Assembly (NCBI RefSeq): GCF_020745735.1
Contig: NC_083413.1
Location: 32,674,001 to 32,738,000, forward strand
Direction of reading: 5' to 3'
DNA from: Hemiscyllium ocellatum
Lineage: Eukaryota
Length of the DNA: 64,000 bases
Under the pieces are notes generated by a model. That model did no database searches, was not told the origin of the DNA, and saw nothing but the letters and a program-made list of their open reading frames with translations. The translations under genes and the position numbers were made by a program. Positions within the stretch are counted from its first letter, which is position 1, and the number at the start of each line of letters is the position of its first letter. Shown here in pieces: positions 62,161 through 64,000 of the stretch.

Positions 62161-63733
62161 GATTTTTTTAAAAAAAATGAGCTTAACCATGTGCAAAAGG
62201 TGCAAAGAAGCTTCCATTTCGTTGGAGTTTCAGGCCCCAAAAGTGAGTCTTAAAATAAATGTCCTTTTCATTTATTTCTCTTATGTTTTATGTGGACAGT
62301 TAAAATCTCACCAATAAAAACTTATTTGTACTAATCACCATCTACAATCTCAATTTCCAAAGGCCTTTAATTACCTAAAACTTTTTGTTCGGATTTCCCC
62401 AATCAATTTTCCATCCTTTCATATCCCTAGCGCACTCCATGTAAAGATCCTTTGTGAAACCAGCTGAAGTGTGTTATGCCTCTTTCTAGCATTTTTGACA
62501 GGTGATCATACCAATCCCAGTGCTGCTATTATCCAGCTGATTGGAACAGTCATAATTTGGCTTCACTCTTGCTTACCTACTGACACCCATTACGTGACAG
62601 CAATTGTTAGCCTCTGAGCCCTGTGTCATTAATTTAAAAGTGTCCCCAGGATCAGTTCTATTTACTTGTTCCAGCATTGTTCCTCAATACATTATCCGCA
62701 GATCTAGATGAAAGGAAAAATACCAGTATAGGCAGTAGGAGGGACTGAAAAGGATAAAATAGTCTAGGTTTACTGGTAATAACAAGGTACTGCAGCTAGG
62801 AGATGTGAACTTGTAATGATATGATTGGATACTATAATAACATATTTGTTTGAGTATTAGTTTGAACTTGCTTAGATAATATCTACTAACTTTGAATGTG
62901 AACTATGCAAACAGATTAGGTAGAGATGGGTTGAGGAAACTATTTGTCAAGTTAGTTGTTTGCAAATTTAACTGAAAAAAAAAATCTTTTGTTCTTGCAA
63001 TAAAGCTTTGAGCTGTACATCACTTTTGGATATGCATGCATGATATTTGTATCTTCCATGCAAGTATTAATAAATGTTTAGATAAATGAACATGAGTTTC
63101 ATCGGATCTAAGAGGAAATAAAGGATTAAAATTGCCTTTCGTGGAGTTTACTGGTACATGTATGTTCATATACTCTCTGTGTCTCTAGCTTTCCATTGCC
63201 TCTATGCTACGTCTCTAATTTTCAGTTTTGGAATCATCTTTTCCTCCAACTAAACACTGGTGGGGTGGGGGGGGGGGGGGAAACACATTTGTCTTTTGGT
63301 TTCTGGTACAACTTCACATTTCAGCTCACTTCCTTGCTACCATCATATTGAACAAAATTGATACCATTCTTTATTGTTTGAATCTAAAACAAGTTTCTGG
63401 CTCAGTATCTTTCCCATTACACAAGCTGCCTACTTCCACAACAGGAATGTCACTTGCCTCTTTCATTAATGTAACCATCTGCTGAAACCTTCATTAATTT
63501 GTCATATCTACATTCAATTATTTTGACCTTATACACCCTATAATTTCAGCTCCCTCTTCATATCTAAAAGCTTAGAGTCTGTAGATTTTAATGGAGTCCA
63601 CCAAAAGTTGAAAAATGTAGATTTTAAGAACTTGTGAAAACGATATTTGTATATTTCCACTGCTGTTTATGTTTAATTCTAGCATATTTAATTCTAGCTT
63701 CAATACTACTACTTAGTAAGTAATAAAATAGTA

Positions 63734-63912
63734 GTTAAAAATCTCAACACCAGGTTATTGTCCAACAGGTTTAATTGGAAGCACACTAGCTTTTGGAGCG
63801 ACACTCCATCAGGTGGTAGTTGCTCCGAAAGCTAGTGTGCTTCCAATTAAACCTGTTGGACTATAACCTGGTGTTGTGTGATTTCTAACTTTGTACACCC
63901 AGTGCAACACCA
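63734..63912. mobile_element. Foldback mini-element, family B terminal repeats
   Basis: Near-perfect palindrome, 63734-63799 vs 63822-63889, with a tail on the right. Confidence 0.8.
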
Positions 63913-64000
63913 AATCATAAAGTAATAGGGATGTGTACCTCTGCTTAGTATGATCCTGCCAGGGAAGGAATATTTTTATTTCCTCATGTTGTTCTTGTAG

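Noticed and set aside
53268-63270. Candidate C2orf72 exon 2 acceptors at ~53268, ~54872, ~61370 and ~63226
   Set aside because: Phase-1 readings either stop quickly or lack a good donor and any similarity to the expected C-terminal motifs.
63734-63912. Palindromes as possible miRNA precursors or DNA-transposon MITEs
   Set aside because: The arms match PLE terminal repeats, carry a one-sided tail and, where visible, long variable TSDs, which does not fit hAT or Tc1 MITEs. No evidence for miRNA processing.

Overview
Eukaryotic, AT-rich, repeat-dense vertebrate genomic DNA, most likely an elasmobranch (shark), inferred from HE1-type tRNA-derived SINEs and HER1/CR1-type LINEs. Three host genes are visible. 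(1) IQCG/DRC9 on the minus strand: six phase-consistent coding exons from 22887 down to 1684, with the 3' part running off the left edge. (2) RPL35A on the plus strand: complete, 110 aa, with a 5'TOP first exon, four coding exons and a polyA signal. It lies head-to-head with IQCG across a ~370-bp bidirectional promoter containing an RFX X-box. (3) The first coding exon of a C2orf72/DUF4630-like gene at 46898-47558. The rest is a nested mosaic of CR1, RTE and Rex1/Babar LINEs, SINEs, a TA-flanked MITE family, a probable solo LTR, a Buster-type hAT transposase relic and at least four families of Penelope-like elements (PLEs). The strongest signal is that the PLE terminal repeats of all four families carry minimal type I hammerhead ribozyme motifs (CUGAUGA-stem II-GAAA-palindromic stem III). 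Three copies have a fully intact core (21859-21894 +, 59450-59485 -, 61112-61147 -). Several insertions are tiny coding-free foldback elements made only of two inverted ribozyme-bearing repeats plus a ~36-nt tail, with a clear target-site duplication (TSD) in the best-preserved case. Family assignments come from recognised motifs, not database searches, and the boundaries of old repeats are approximate.
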